Shown here: piece by piece, positions 30,338 through 40,940 of the stretch
Layout: every line of letters starts with the position of its first letter
How positions within the stretch are numbered: position 1 is the first letter of the stretch
IMG/VR virus record: IMGVR_UViG_3300021426_000067
DNA: 64,000 nt
Source: a virus
Lineage: Duplodnaviria; Caudoviricetes
Strand: one strand, 5' to 3'
Notes under the pieces: model-generated
Databases searched by the model: none
The model's input: only the letters and a program-made list of their open reading frames with translations
What the model was told of the DNA's origin: nothing
Program-made: the position numbers and the translations under genes

Positions 30338-31202
30338 TTCTTTGTCCTCTCTCTCTTGTGTGGTTTTGTGTACTTGTTCCTTACAAGTATTATAATACAC
30401 TATCTCCCTTTAATTGTCAATACATTTTTTGAAAGTTTTTTATTTTTTTTTACATGTTCAACTTGTTTCAACATGTTATGTGTATACTTTATTACTTTAA
30501 TACTTTATTTCTTTATTGCTTTAGTGTGATGAAGTGAACAAAACTTGTTTTGTTCACACTTTAGTCCTTTAGCGTGCTGAAGTGCTTTGCTCTCTGTTAC
30601 TCATCTGGCGTATTGTGCAAACTGCCCAATTCAGGAAGCCGGATTTTGTGCAATATTTTTTGTAAATTAGTCTTGACAAACTGCATTATAATATGATAAA
30701 ATTTTCCGGCCTTCGAACGGCCGTTCGCTGTAATTATTAAGGGTAGGCTTTTCAGCCTACCCTTTTTATCCTTTTATTTTGTGTGGCTTGTTATCAAAAG
30801 GCAATCACTGCAATAATGCTGGGAATAATACCAACTACTGTCCATGCCATGAGGATGTAATGTCTTATTCTGTCGCTCTTGTCTTCAATGTCAGTGCCGA
30901 TAATCCAATTAATCATGTTCTTCATTTTTTGTATTCCTTTCTTTGTTCTTGTGTGTGGTTATGTATCTCTTCCTTACAAGTATTATGATACTACATCTTC
31001 ATTTAATTGTCAATAAATTTTTTTAAAATTTACAAAAAATTTTTTTGTTAACTTTGTACCGGCTAACTCTGTTTTTAGGGCGGTCTGGTCTGATCGTTCT
31101 ACGTGACGTATACCCGCACAACCGCCAGTATCAAAAACATACCCTGGGGGTAGGATTTGGGCTTTAATACTTTAACACGTTGAAGTGTGAAATGCCCGCC
31201 AC

Positions 31203-31300
31203 TTTTCCCTCTCCAAAAATAATTTAGAAACGAAAACACGTCCCTCTCCAAAAATAATTCAAATACGAAAATACGAAACCTTTTCCCTCTCCAATAAAAA
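31203..31300. repeat. three direct repeats of TCCCTCTCCAA at right edge of early region
   Basis: TCCCTCTCCAAAAATAATT twice plus TTTTCCCTCTCCAATAAAA. Confidence 0.7.
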
Positions 31301-31309
31301 AAGAGGGAG

Positions 31310-31690
31310 TTAATACTCCCCCTCAGGTCCATAGTAGCAATCAACTAAATGTCCCTCACTATTAAAAATAAAAGTCCAAGCACCAAGCCAAACTTCACCA
31401 GTAGCCATCTGTCCATATCTGGCATCCATCATTTCCTCTTCATAGAAATAATAAGTATTGCCATCAATAGTATGCCAACCAACCAGCATATCAGCTTCAC
31501 TCCACCCTCCATTATTCACATAACAAAAGGTAGCATCTCCTTCTCTTACCCACACAAAAACCTGCTCAACATCACCATCTGCATAGTCTTCTGCGGCGGC
31601 TACATTTATGGGAAAATTAAGAATTGACACCCCTATAAGCCATATAATAAATAATCGCTTGCAAACTCTCTTAAAGCTATTCATATTCAT
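31310..31690 (-). CDS. secreted protein with cell-wall/choline-binding-like repeats
   Basis: signal peptide; GWHTIDGNTYYF, GQMATGEVWLG..FIFNSEG. Confidence 0.65.
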   Translation of the reverse strand: MNMNSFKRVCKRLFIIWLIGVSILNFPINVAAAEDYADGDVEQVFVWVREGDATFCYVNNGGWSEADMLVGWHTIDGNTYYFYEEEMMDARYGQMATGEVWLGAWTFIFNSEGHLVDCYYGPEGEY

Positions 31691-32024
31691 AACATTCTAC
31701 CACCCTAAATTTTGGCTCTTCCGCGCACTCCCAACCTTTTTTAGTATAAGTTGCTAAAGCCCAGCGGAAGATGCCATTTTCTTTTCTTATTCTTAATAAA
31801 TACATCTTACCAATTTCAGGAGCATCCGCCTATATATCATATTTCTTTAATCTTTTTATTATCATAATATATAACAAAAGCCTCCCCAACAGAAAATCAG
31901 CATAAGCCAACTAAGAAAGAAATAAGGGAGCGGAACCTCATGCTTCTCATTCTCATAAACCGCGGTTTTCATAACGTGCGCACCCCCCGCCAAAACAAGT
32001 CCAAGACTAACTAATATAATCCAT

Positions 32025-32231
32025 TTACTCCAATCCATTTTTTTCTCCTTCTATCCATTTTTTAAATTCACATTTGCAATCTTCGCATAAATCAATAGTT
32101 TCTTCTTCTATACCATACGAATAAGGGAGCATTTTTAATTTACATAAATAATAAGGAAATGCAGGCACAGCTTCATATTTTCGAAAAGGCACTGTAGGTT
32201 TCCCGCATCTATCACATACCGTCGCTAACAT
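32025..32231 (-). CDS. small Zn-finger protein
   Basis: CDRCGK..IDLCEDC..FKKW; paralog of 32555-32743. Confidence 0.6.
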   Translation of the reverse strand: MLATVCDRCGKPTVPFRKYEAVPAFPYYLCKLKMLPYSYGIEEETIDLCEDCKCEFKKWIEGEKNGLE

Positions 32232-32555
32232 TTATTTCTCCTTTTCAGGTAAAGCCAAAATCTCACTAATTGCGCTCATCCGCCAGTCAACACCTCTACC
32301 ACGATACGGTCTTTGACAACATAGTCCGCGGCCACTCCAATCAATAGGACAGCCCTTGCAATTTCCAATTGTCTGTAAAGCATATTCACAAAGAAAACAA
32401 CTTCCCTGTATTGACTCTTTTGGAAATTTTTCTTCACACCATTTAAGTTTATAAGACATCCTATCATCCCAATAAGGGCGGTCTCCTAAATCTTTCTGCA
32501 TATCGCGCCACATCTGACGGTGATACTCTAATGCTTGTTCTCTTGTTAAAAACAT
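32232..32555 (-). CDS. Cys-rich protein
   Basis: CFLCEY..CKGCP..VDWR..ISEILALP; paralog of 32743-33102. Confidence 0.6.
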   Translation of the reverse strand: MFLTREQALEYHRQMWRDMQKDLGDRPYWDDRMSYKLKWCEEKFPKESIQGSCFLCEYALQTIGNCKGCPIDWSGRGLCCQRPYRGRGVDWRMSAISEILALPEKEK

Positions 32556-32743
32556 TAATAGTCTTCCCCTAACCATTTTTTAAAACTGTTGCAGCAATCC
32601 TCACATAAATCAATTTTTTTATCCAGCCCAAAACCATATGGGTCTTCATTTAATCTTCCTAAGAAATAAGGAAAATTTTCTTGTTTTTTTGATACTGATA
32701 TAGGTTTTCTACATCTATCACAGATATATTTTTCAATTTTCAT
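32555..32743 (-). CDS. small Zn-finger protein
   Basis: CDRCRK..IDLCEDC..FKKW. Confidence 0.6.
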   Translation of the reverse strand: MKIEKYICDRCRKPISVSKKQENFPYFLGRLNEDPYGFGLDKKIDLCEDCCNSFKKWLGEDY

Positions 32744-33102
32744 TACTCTTCTTCCTCCACATATTTCTTTCTAAGCGGTAAGGCTAAAATATCACTAATT
32801 TTAGAAGTTCTCCAATCTACTGTTCCAATTCCTTTTTCACAACCATAATATATATAGTTATTCCAATTATAAGGACAATAGATACAAGAATGAGAATGAA
32901 ACTGTTCATTATATTCACATAAATAACAATTATTTGTAGGGCGTTTTTCTCCTGTAGAAGCTCGTCGTGCTTCAACCCACCCTACTTTAAAAGCAGCTCT
33001 TTCTGCTAATGAAGGATTGTTTCCCAATGTTTGCATAGCTTCCCACATTTCTTTATGTTTTCGAACAGCTTCATCAAAAGATAATTCAAAATTAAGTTCC
33101 AT
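32743..33102 (-). CDS. Cys-rich protein
   Basis: CYLCEY..CIYCP..VDWR..ISDILALP. Confidence 0.6.
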   Translation of the reverse strand: MELNFELSFDEAVRKHKEMWEAMQTLGNNPSLAERAAFKVGWVEARRASTGEKRPTNNCYLCEYNEQFHSHSCIYCPYNWNNYIYYGCEKGIGTVDWRTSKISDILALPLRKKYVEEEE

Positions 33103-33106
33103 TTTA

Positions 33107-33466
33107 TTATTTTCCTCCGCGCATTTCCGGATAATGCGGATCCTTCAATCTTCCATGATACCAAAGAAGTTTACAGCGGCGATTCATTTCCTTAATATAT
33201 TTATCAAATTCGCGGTCAATATCTTTCTTTCGAGACTCTGCGGCTCTATATTCAGCCAGCCGTCTGCCATAAGTTTCGTCCCAAGTATCTTCCGGCGCGC
33301 ACTTCGCCTTGCCCTTATAGATGCGGACTTCATTAATTTCATCATAATCCTCATCACCAAGACCATACTTAGCCAGTCTCTCCGGCATATCGTTATATGT
33401 AGTAATAATACATACAACAGTTCTCTTCTCTTCATTTACCTTATATTCAGTTGTTACATAAGCCAT
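33107..33466 (-). CDS. conserved phage hypothetical protein
   Basis: GKAKCAPEDTWDETYGRRLA motif. Confidence 0.6.
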   Translation of the reverse strand: MAYVTTEYKVNEEKRTVVCIITTYNDMPERLAKYGLGDEDYDEINEVRIYKGKAKCAPEDTWDETYGRRLAEYRAAESRKKDIDREFDKYIKEMNRRCKLLWYHGRLKDPHYPEMRGGK

Positions 33467-33644
33467 AATTTTATCTCCTTTTATAATCTTAAATGACTAT
33501 TATCTTTTTCCTTTTTAGATGCGGCAAGCAATGGCTCTATGGCGGCATCTACTCTGCGGACCGCCGCATCATCAATTACTTCTACTTTTGATGGATGTTT
33601 ACCATATTTAGAAAAAGGTTTTGCTTTTTCCCTTAACCGCCCCA

Positions 33645-33839
33645 TTACATTAGGTATACATCCAATTCTGTAAAAAGGGTATTAAAATCATCCTTTGACA
33701 TTCTTTGCTTTTGACCGTCTTCTGCATGAATAATAAATTCTTCAGGATTTTTTGGGTCTACTTCACCTTTATAAGTATGACCTTCATAAAATTTTCCGTT
33801 ATCAAAGGTCATATTATAATTTGCTTGCAAAAGCATCAT
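33645..33839 (-). CDS. hypothetical protein
   Basis: 64 aa, overlaps upstream stop. Confidence 0.5.
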   Translation of the reverse strand: MMLLQANYNMTFDNGKFYEGHTYKGEVDPKNPEEFIIHAEDGQKQRMSKDDFNTLFTELDVYLM

Positions 33840-34267
33840 TTTCTAAGTCCTCCATAATCTATAATTTCTTTATGTTGTGCGGCGGCGTAACGACGAGTGT
33901 AATAAGTCCCGCCTTGTGGGATCCCATCCCAAACACATAATAGAGCATCCGCACAATCCACCATATATTCATCTCTTATCAAGTAGGCTTTTTTAGAATA
34001 TGCAGGGGTTAGATAAAGTATCTCTTCTCCATCCATTAACCATTGTTCTGTTGGAGAATAGTTTTCTTTAGGAAAAGGATAACAACATATCAGCGGGATT
34101 CCTAAATTTTTTGCAACGCCGCCAATAAGTTGATCTGTGCCTCTTGCCATCCCAATGTATACAGATTCAGGTTGAAGAGCAATAAGCTGGTCCTCCGCCC
34201 ACTTTTTTATCATTTCCTCTTGTCCTTTTAAACGCTCTGGACGATGTCCTGTTACAGCTACTATCAT
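33836..34267 (-). CDS. SLOG-family (YspA/DUF1273-like) protein
   Basis: VAVTGHRP, GMARGTD, RDEYMVD, VWDG..GGT. Confidence 0.8.
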   Translation of the reverse strand: MIVAVTGHRPERLKGQEEMIKKWAEDQLIALQPESVYIGMARGTDQLIGGVAKNLGIPLICCYPFPKENYSPTEQWLMDGEEILYLTPAYSKKAYLIRDEYMVDCADALLCVWDGIPQGGTYYTRRYAAAQHKEIIDYGGLRK

Positions 34268-34510
34268 TCTTCATCCCCCTCTTGGCATCTTTTTTCTGCG
34301 CAAAGTCCATTTGTATATCCTTCTAAATAGATTTCACGCTCTTTATTTAATTTTCCTGTACCCATTGTAAATAATGTTATAATGGAGCCTAACACACATC
34401 CACCTCCAAAAATCAATAAATTAAACATTATTTTTTATTCCTTTCTTATTAACTATAAATATTATAAAATAAATTTTTTTAGAAATCAAGTAAAAATCAT
34501 TTAATCGAGT

Positions 34511-34539
34511 TTGACAAAGGAAAATTTTTTTTGTATACT
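34511..34539 (+). promoter_or_regulatory. sigmaA-type promoter at start of plus-strand module
   Basis: TTGACA-N17-TATACT. Confidence 0.7.
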
Positions 34540-34570
34540 ATAAGTATAGTATATAATGAAAGGAGTTTTT

Positions 34571-35677
34571 ATGGGAGAAGAAATAAAAAATAAAAATGCG
34601 GGCTTTGAAAATAAAAGACCTTATCCTTTATTAGATAAGACTATTAAAGACCCGCATGAACGTAATGAAATAGTCCATAAAATAGTTGCGGAAGTCCCCC
34701 CAGAAAAATTAACTCCTTATTATTTAGAATAGCTTACCAAATATTTAACAGAAACTCCTGATACAAAAAAGGCGCGGACAGTTTTAACTAACAACCGCAT
34801 GGTTACTGTAACTAAGCGTGAAACTTCTTATGAAGGACTTATTTCAAAATTGGAGAATGGTGAAGATGGTATTTATAATTTTATGACAGGTGGCGATAAA
34901 AATATTTTATTGGTTCCAAAAATACAAATTACAGAAAATGATATAGAGACAATTCCAGGTTTAAAATAGTTAAGAGAAGAAATAAAAAAAGTTGAAGCTA
35001 AACAAAAGACAGCAAAGGGAAGACAAAAATATTTATTAACAAAGCAATTAATTGAAATGCGGCAAGACCAATACGTTTTAAAAAATATTTATAAACCGCC
35101 TATTACAATGATGAAAGTTACAAAAAATCTTCATCAAATTGATTTAAGTTAGCACGTTACGACTAATGAAAAAGGAGAGCCAGAAAGTCATTGTGCTGTG
35201 TCATTTTTTAATCCAGATCATGTTTGTTATCTTTTGTGCAATTATTCTAAAATTAAGGAGGATTGCTGGGGTCATTTTGATAGCGATTGGTGGTATTTCA
35301 TGGAAGACTTTGATGCTCTTGTTGATAGAGCATTAAAAGAACAACATCCTATTTTATATGATATTATGATTTATAAAATTGATGGAATGTTGAATAAAAC
35401 TATATCAGAAAAGATTCAAGAGAAATATGATGCTTATTATACTGTTGAGCATCTTTCCAGTATATGGCGTAAGAAAATACCTAAAATAATTGCGGAAAAG
35501 GCAAAAGAAGAATGGCTTTTATGGCATTACACTATGGAAGAAAAAGGGCATTGGAAAAGATGCTCTCGTTGCCATGAAATAAAATTAGCTCATCCTTACT
35601 TTTATACAAAAAATAAAACTTCTAAAGATGGCTGGTATAGCATGTGTAAATGTTGCAGAAATAAAAAGAAAAATTAA
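34571..35677 (+). CDS. putative regulator (HTH/sigma-region-4-like plus C-terminal Zn finger), 3 in-frame TAG
   Basis: AGGAG RBS, ATG 34571 in frame with 35198-35677; CSRC..CKCC. Confidence 0.6.
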
Positions 35678-35743
35678 GGGCGAAAAATCTAAATTTATAT
35701 AGAAGTTTTTTAAAAGAAAAAGAGAGAAGAAAGGAGGCATTTT

Positions 35744-37084
35744 ATGGCATTAAAGATAAAAGGACAAGTGGAAGATGCCAATGGGAAATGTAAATGTTAG
35801 AGATGCGGTAAGCGGATTGGTCAAATAAACTTTTATACTTATAAAGATGGTAGTAAATGTGAAATTTGCAAACCTTGTTTAACCGCACATATAGATAACT
35901 TTGATCCTACTACTTTTGAGTGGATTCTCGAAAAAATGGATGTACCTTTTATACCTACTGAATGGAATGTTCTTAGAGATAAGGCTTTTGCTAAAGACCC
36001 TTATAAAATGAATGGTATGTCTGTTATTGGAAAATATCTTGCAAAGATGAAATTAAAACAATGGAATAAATATGGATATGCAGATACTCCAAAAATTATG
36101 AAAGAGATGGAGTAGGAAGAAGAAAGAAAGAGAGTTGCTCAATAGACAGAAAGACTTCGCCATGAAGCTGAACTTAAAGTTAAGTTAAGTGAAGGAAAAA
36201 TTTCTCAGGCTTAGTATCAAACTCTTGTTAGCACAGAGACTCAAAATAAAGAGTTGGCGCGATGGGGTAATGCAATTACTGGAGAGCACTTAGGTCAGCC
36301 TGGATTCCAAGTTCACGGTTCCCCGCAATCTTATGCAGAAGCATTAAGTCGAGCAAAAAATCCTTTTCAATAGCAAAATTTCATGTCAGAGAGTTAGTTG
36401 ATTGACCCTGGCGCGGATTTAGAAAAAGATGAAAAAATGTATCTTGCGATTAAATGGGGAAGACTTTATACTCCCGCTCAATGGGTTGCTCTTGAGCAGT
36501 TGTATAATGAATTTATGAACTCTTTTGATATACAGGGCGCCGCCAGAATAGATACTTTGAAAAAAATTTGTAAAACATCTTTAAAGATGGATTAGGCTAT
36601 AGATAGCGGCGATATAGATTCATATCAGAAATTATCAAGAGTTTATGACACTATGATGAAATCCGCAAAGTTTACAGAAGCGCAGAATAAAGATGGTGAT
36701 GGTAAGAATATTGATTCAGCTTCTGCTATTGTAGATTTTGTTGAAGCTCATAGCGGACAAATTCCTCGCATGAAAATTGAAGAGCCTTTGGATATAGTAG
36801 ATAAAATTATTTTTGATTTAAAATCTTATACTCGAAACTTAATTTATGATGATCCTTCTCTTGCTCAAGAAATTGAAAAATATTTACAAGATAAAAGAAT
36901 TTCTGAACAAATGAAAAAAGATAAAGAGGAGGCTGCAGCTAAAGGATTAGATTATGTTCCATTGGAAGATTAGGATATGGTAGTTTATAAAGATACTTTA
37001 AGACATATGTCTGAAGAAGATAAAGAGTTAACTGATGAAAAAATCGAAACAGACTATGGGAAAAGGAGAGTACAACCTAAATGA
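35744..37084 (+). CDS. Zn-finger protein upstream of terminase (terminase small subunit candidate), 8 in-frame TAG
   Basis: AGGAGG RBS; one frame joins 36398-36595 and 36653-36973; ATGA overlap with terL. Confidence 0.6.
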
Positions 37085-38817
37085 ATTTAAAATAGTTATT
37101 ACAACTGTCTTCTGATAGAGAATATAAAAAACAAGGATTATCTGAAGAAAGATTAACTGCAGATATAGATGAGTTAAGAAGAATAATTGCTTTTTTTAGA
37201 GAGTATCCTGATATTTTTGTAGATTTTATTAAAGGCAAAGACAGTACCTTTAATTTTTTATTTTATCAAAGAATTTTTCTTAGAAATGTTATGCGGCATA
37301 GATATGTATATGCAACATTCCCTCGTGCTTATTCTAAGTCTTTCCTATCTATGATGGCTTTAATGATTAGATGTATTCTATATCCTAATTCCCATTTATT
37401 TGTAACAACAGGTGGCAAGGAGCAGGCAGCTTCTATTACTGTTGCTAAAATAGAAGAAATATGTAAATTAATTCCTGGATTAAATAATGAGATAAACTGG
37501 GATAGAGGTGTTTCTACTAAATCAAAAGATAATGTAAAATACGTTTTTAAAAATGGCTCAAGTATTGATATTCTTGCAGCAAGGCAATCTTCGAGAGGAC
37601 AACGTCGAACGGGCGGTCTGATGGAATAGTGTGTTCTTATTGATGGAGATATTTTAAATGAAGTTATTATTCCTACAACAAACGTTGATAGACGTTTATC
37701 AGATGGCAGCCGCCATAAAGAAGAGAACGTAAATAAATCTCAAATTTATATAACAACCGCAGGATGGAAAAATAGTTTTGCTTATCATAAGTTAATATAG
37801 ATTTTAATTAATTCAATAATATAGCCTGATTAGTATATGATAATGGGCGGAACTTATGAAACCCCAGTTATATCTGGTCTTTTGGACGAGAACTTTGTAT
37901 AGCAACTGCGCTTACAAGGAACTTTTAATGATTAGTCATTTAATAGATAGTACAGAAGTATTTGGTCAGGAGATGTAGAAAATGCGTTTTTCTCATCTGA
38001 AAAATTTGATAAATATAGAGTTTTATTACAACCAGAATATTAGTATAGCGGACGCTCATCTAAAAATGCGTATTATGTATTTGGAATTGACGTAGGCCGT
38101 GTGGGTTGTACTACAGAAATTTGTGTATTTAAAGTAACTCCGCAAGTACAAGGAGCTGCTCATAAGACTCTTGTTAATATTTTTACATATGATGCAGAAC
38201 ATTTTGAAACTCAATGTATTCATATTAAACATTTATATTATAAATATAAACCTAAACGAATTGCGGTTGATGCGAATGGATTAGGAGTTGGTTTAATTGA
38301 TTATTTAATTAAGTCTCAAGACACTGAGGATGGATAGTATTTACCTCCTTTTGGAGTTTTTAATACTAATGATTATCCTGAATATAAAAAGTTTGTAACT
38401 CCTGAGACTGTTAAAGATATTTTATTTTTAATCAAAGCTAACGCGCCCATTAATACTGAAGCATATAGCTATGCTCAAACTCAAATGTTTAGTGGTAAAA
38501 TTAGGTTTTTAATAGATGAAGGACAAGCTAAAACTAAATTAATGGCTACTAAGCAAGGGCAAAATATGAATATGGATGAGAGAAATGAATATTTAAGACC
38601 TTTTATTTTAACGTCTATTTTAAAAGAACAAATGTTAAATCTTGTAGAAGAAAATGAAGGAGTTAACATTATTTTAAAACAAAGCAATAGAAGTGTTAAA
38701 AAGGATAAATTTTCAGCTTTTATATATGGATTATATTATATCCGATATGAAGAAGAATTAAGTAAAAAACGAAAGAAAAGAAATATATCAGACTTTTTAT
38801 TTTTCACGCCAAGTTAA
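37081..38817 (+). CDS. terL: terminase large subunit, 10 in-frame TAG (578 aa)
   Basis: FPRAYSKS Walker A variant, GGLME* Walker B, YITTAG coupling motif, GIDVG/VDANG/KDKFSA nuclease motifs; three track fragments in one frame. Confidence 0.9.
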
Positions 38818-38875
38818 GGTCAAGTTTTATTAATTCAATACGCGTTTTTTTATATAAAGATAGAAAGGAGAAAAT

Positions 38876-39238
38876 ATGCGTGCATCCAGAGGAGAAATAA
38901 AAATAGAAGAAATTTTAAAAGAGTCTGGGTTAGAGTTCGCAGAAGAATACTCTTTTCCAGATTTAGTAAGTAACACAGGCCGCCCATTAAGATTTGATTT
39001 TGCGGTTTTTGATGATTAGCATAATCTTGATTTTTTAATTGAATTTCAAGGAATACAGCATTATGAAGCAAAAAGTAAATTTGGTGGGATGAATGGATTA
39101 AGAAAACAACAATATAATGACATGAGAAAAAGAGAATATTGTCGATAGCATGGGATTAAACTGGTTTTAATTCCCTATTGGGAATAGGCTATAATTACTT
39201 ATGATTATATTCTTAATGCGGCTTGGAATACAGATTAA
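38876..39238 (+). CDS. PD-(D/E)XK / Vsr-like (DUF2726-type) endonuclease, 3 in-frame TAG
   Basis: SRGEIKI..LRFDF..LIEFQGIQHY..D..KREYC..IPYW; absent from ORF track because of TAGs. Confidence 0.75.
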
Positions 39239-39254
39239 AGAGAGGTATTTAAAG

Positions 39255-40847
39255 TTGATTAATCGAATGGCTTAGATAAAGAAAAAAGGCTTTAATATGC
39301 CGATTGAAACTGAAGAATACCAAATTCCTGAAAGTGCGAATGGATATGTTCCTATTGACTTTTCAAAAATTCGAGTGGGAGTAAAAACCTTATCAGATGC
39401 CGTTTATAAATTAGGAGATTTTCAAAGAATAAACCCTCGATTAGCAGATAAACGTCAGGTTTTAGAAGCTATTCATTATGGGGATTTAGAAAGAATGAGA
39501 GATATTTCTAATTATTTTTATAAAATCAGTGGTATTTATCAAAGGTTATGTCGATACATGGCATATATGTATAGATATGATTGGTTAGTAACTCCTTATT
39601 ACAGTGAGACTATGAAGCCAGAAAAAATAAAAGAAGGTTTTATGCAAACTTTAACTTTCTTAGATAAGTTTGAAGTAAAACGTTTCTTTGGTGAAGTTGC
39701 ATTAAAAGTAGTTAGAAATGGTTGTTATTATGGATATTTAATTGCTAAGAATGGGACAGTAGTAGTCCAAGAGCTGCCGCCCAGATATTGCAGATCCGTA
39801 TACATATCATCAAATCGGGAGCCTGTAGTTGAATTTAATATGAAATATTTTGATGATGCTTTTCCTTCTATTGAGTTAAGACAAAGAATCTTAAAAATCT
39901 TTCCTGCGGAATTTGAAAAAGGATATAAATTATATAAACAAGGGAAATTAAAACCTCAATATCCTGGAGATTAGGCTGGATGGTATTTACTTGAAGTTGG
40001 CTCTGTTATTAAATTTAATTTTAATGGGGAAGATTTTCCTCCTTTTATTGCAGTAATTCCCGCCATAATAGACCTTGACGCTGCGCAAGACTTAGACCGT
40101 AGAAAAATGGCACAACAATTATTGAAAATAATTATTCAAAAAATGCCTATTGATAAAAATGGTGATTTAATATTTGATGTGGATGAAGCTCAACAACTTC
40201 ATAATAATGCGGTTAAAATGCTTTCTAAAGCTATTGGTATAGATGTTTTAACTACTTTTGCGGATGTTGATGTGGCGGATATGGCTGATAATAAAACTTC
40301 TACTACAACAGATGAATTAGAAAAAGTTGAACGTACAGTATACAATGAAGCTGGTACTTCCCAAATGTTATTTAATACTGATGGAAACATCGCTCTTGAA
40401 AAATCTATTTTAAATGATGAGGCTTCAATGTGGAATTTGATTCAACAGTTTGAAACATTTTTAAACACTCTATTGACACCTTTTAATAAAAGTCCTAAAA
40501 AGGTTACTTATAGAGCGCAAATTCTTCCTACTACAATTTATAATTATAAAGAATTAGCTAAACAATATAAAGAACATACTCAATTAGGTTACTCAAAAAT
40601 GTTACCGCAAATTGCTTTAGGTCAATCTCAAAGTGCTATCTTAACTACAGCTTACTTTGAAAATGATGTACTTGATTTAGTTAATGTATTTATTCCTCCG
40701 CTAATGTCCAGCACAATGAACGCAGAAGTTCTCAATAGAGGAAAAACTGGAGAAAATGCGAATGGAAAAGAAGGCGCAGGAAGACCTGAAAAAGCGGATG
40801 ACCAAAAATCAACAAAGACTATTCAAAATCGTGAATCTATGAATTAA
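39255..40847 (+). CDS. portal protein, 2 in-frame TAG (530 aa)
   Basis: position after terL, size; 39297-39974 and 40107-40847 in one frame; low-complexity tail with GRP motif. Confidence 0.8.
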
Positions 40848-40940
40848 GTCAGAAAATTTTTCCAAAAATTTTGGTCGGAAGTTATTAAAAGATTTGTTTG
40901 AATTTTTATATTATATGAAGAAATAAGGGGGACTTATTTT

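Larger units (their letters stand above)
11880..30730 (+). promoter_or_regulatory. ~20 dispersed divergent-promoter plus GC-hairpin cassettes
   Basis: plus-strand TTGAC(A) at 11941, 13210, 14222, 15448, 16929, 17918, 18904, 19661, 20416, 21628, 22809, 23882, 24626, 25338, 27899, 28929, 29454, 29993, 30673; most have TG-N-TATAAT then a GC-rich hairpin and no ORF. Confidence 0.8.

Noticed and set aside
10600-31350. Plus-strand ORFs in the track (e.g. 14754-15230, 18185-18601, 18932-19606, 19645-20175, 26811-27302)
   Set aside because: Antisense shadows of RBS-led minus-strand genes or of the cassettes; no RBS or recognisable motifs.
38876-39238. Mobile homing endonuclease insertion
   Set aside because: Small PD-(D/E)XK-type gene between terL and portal with the same TAG usage as its neighbours; more likely a resident gene, no mobility evidence.
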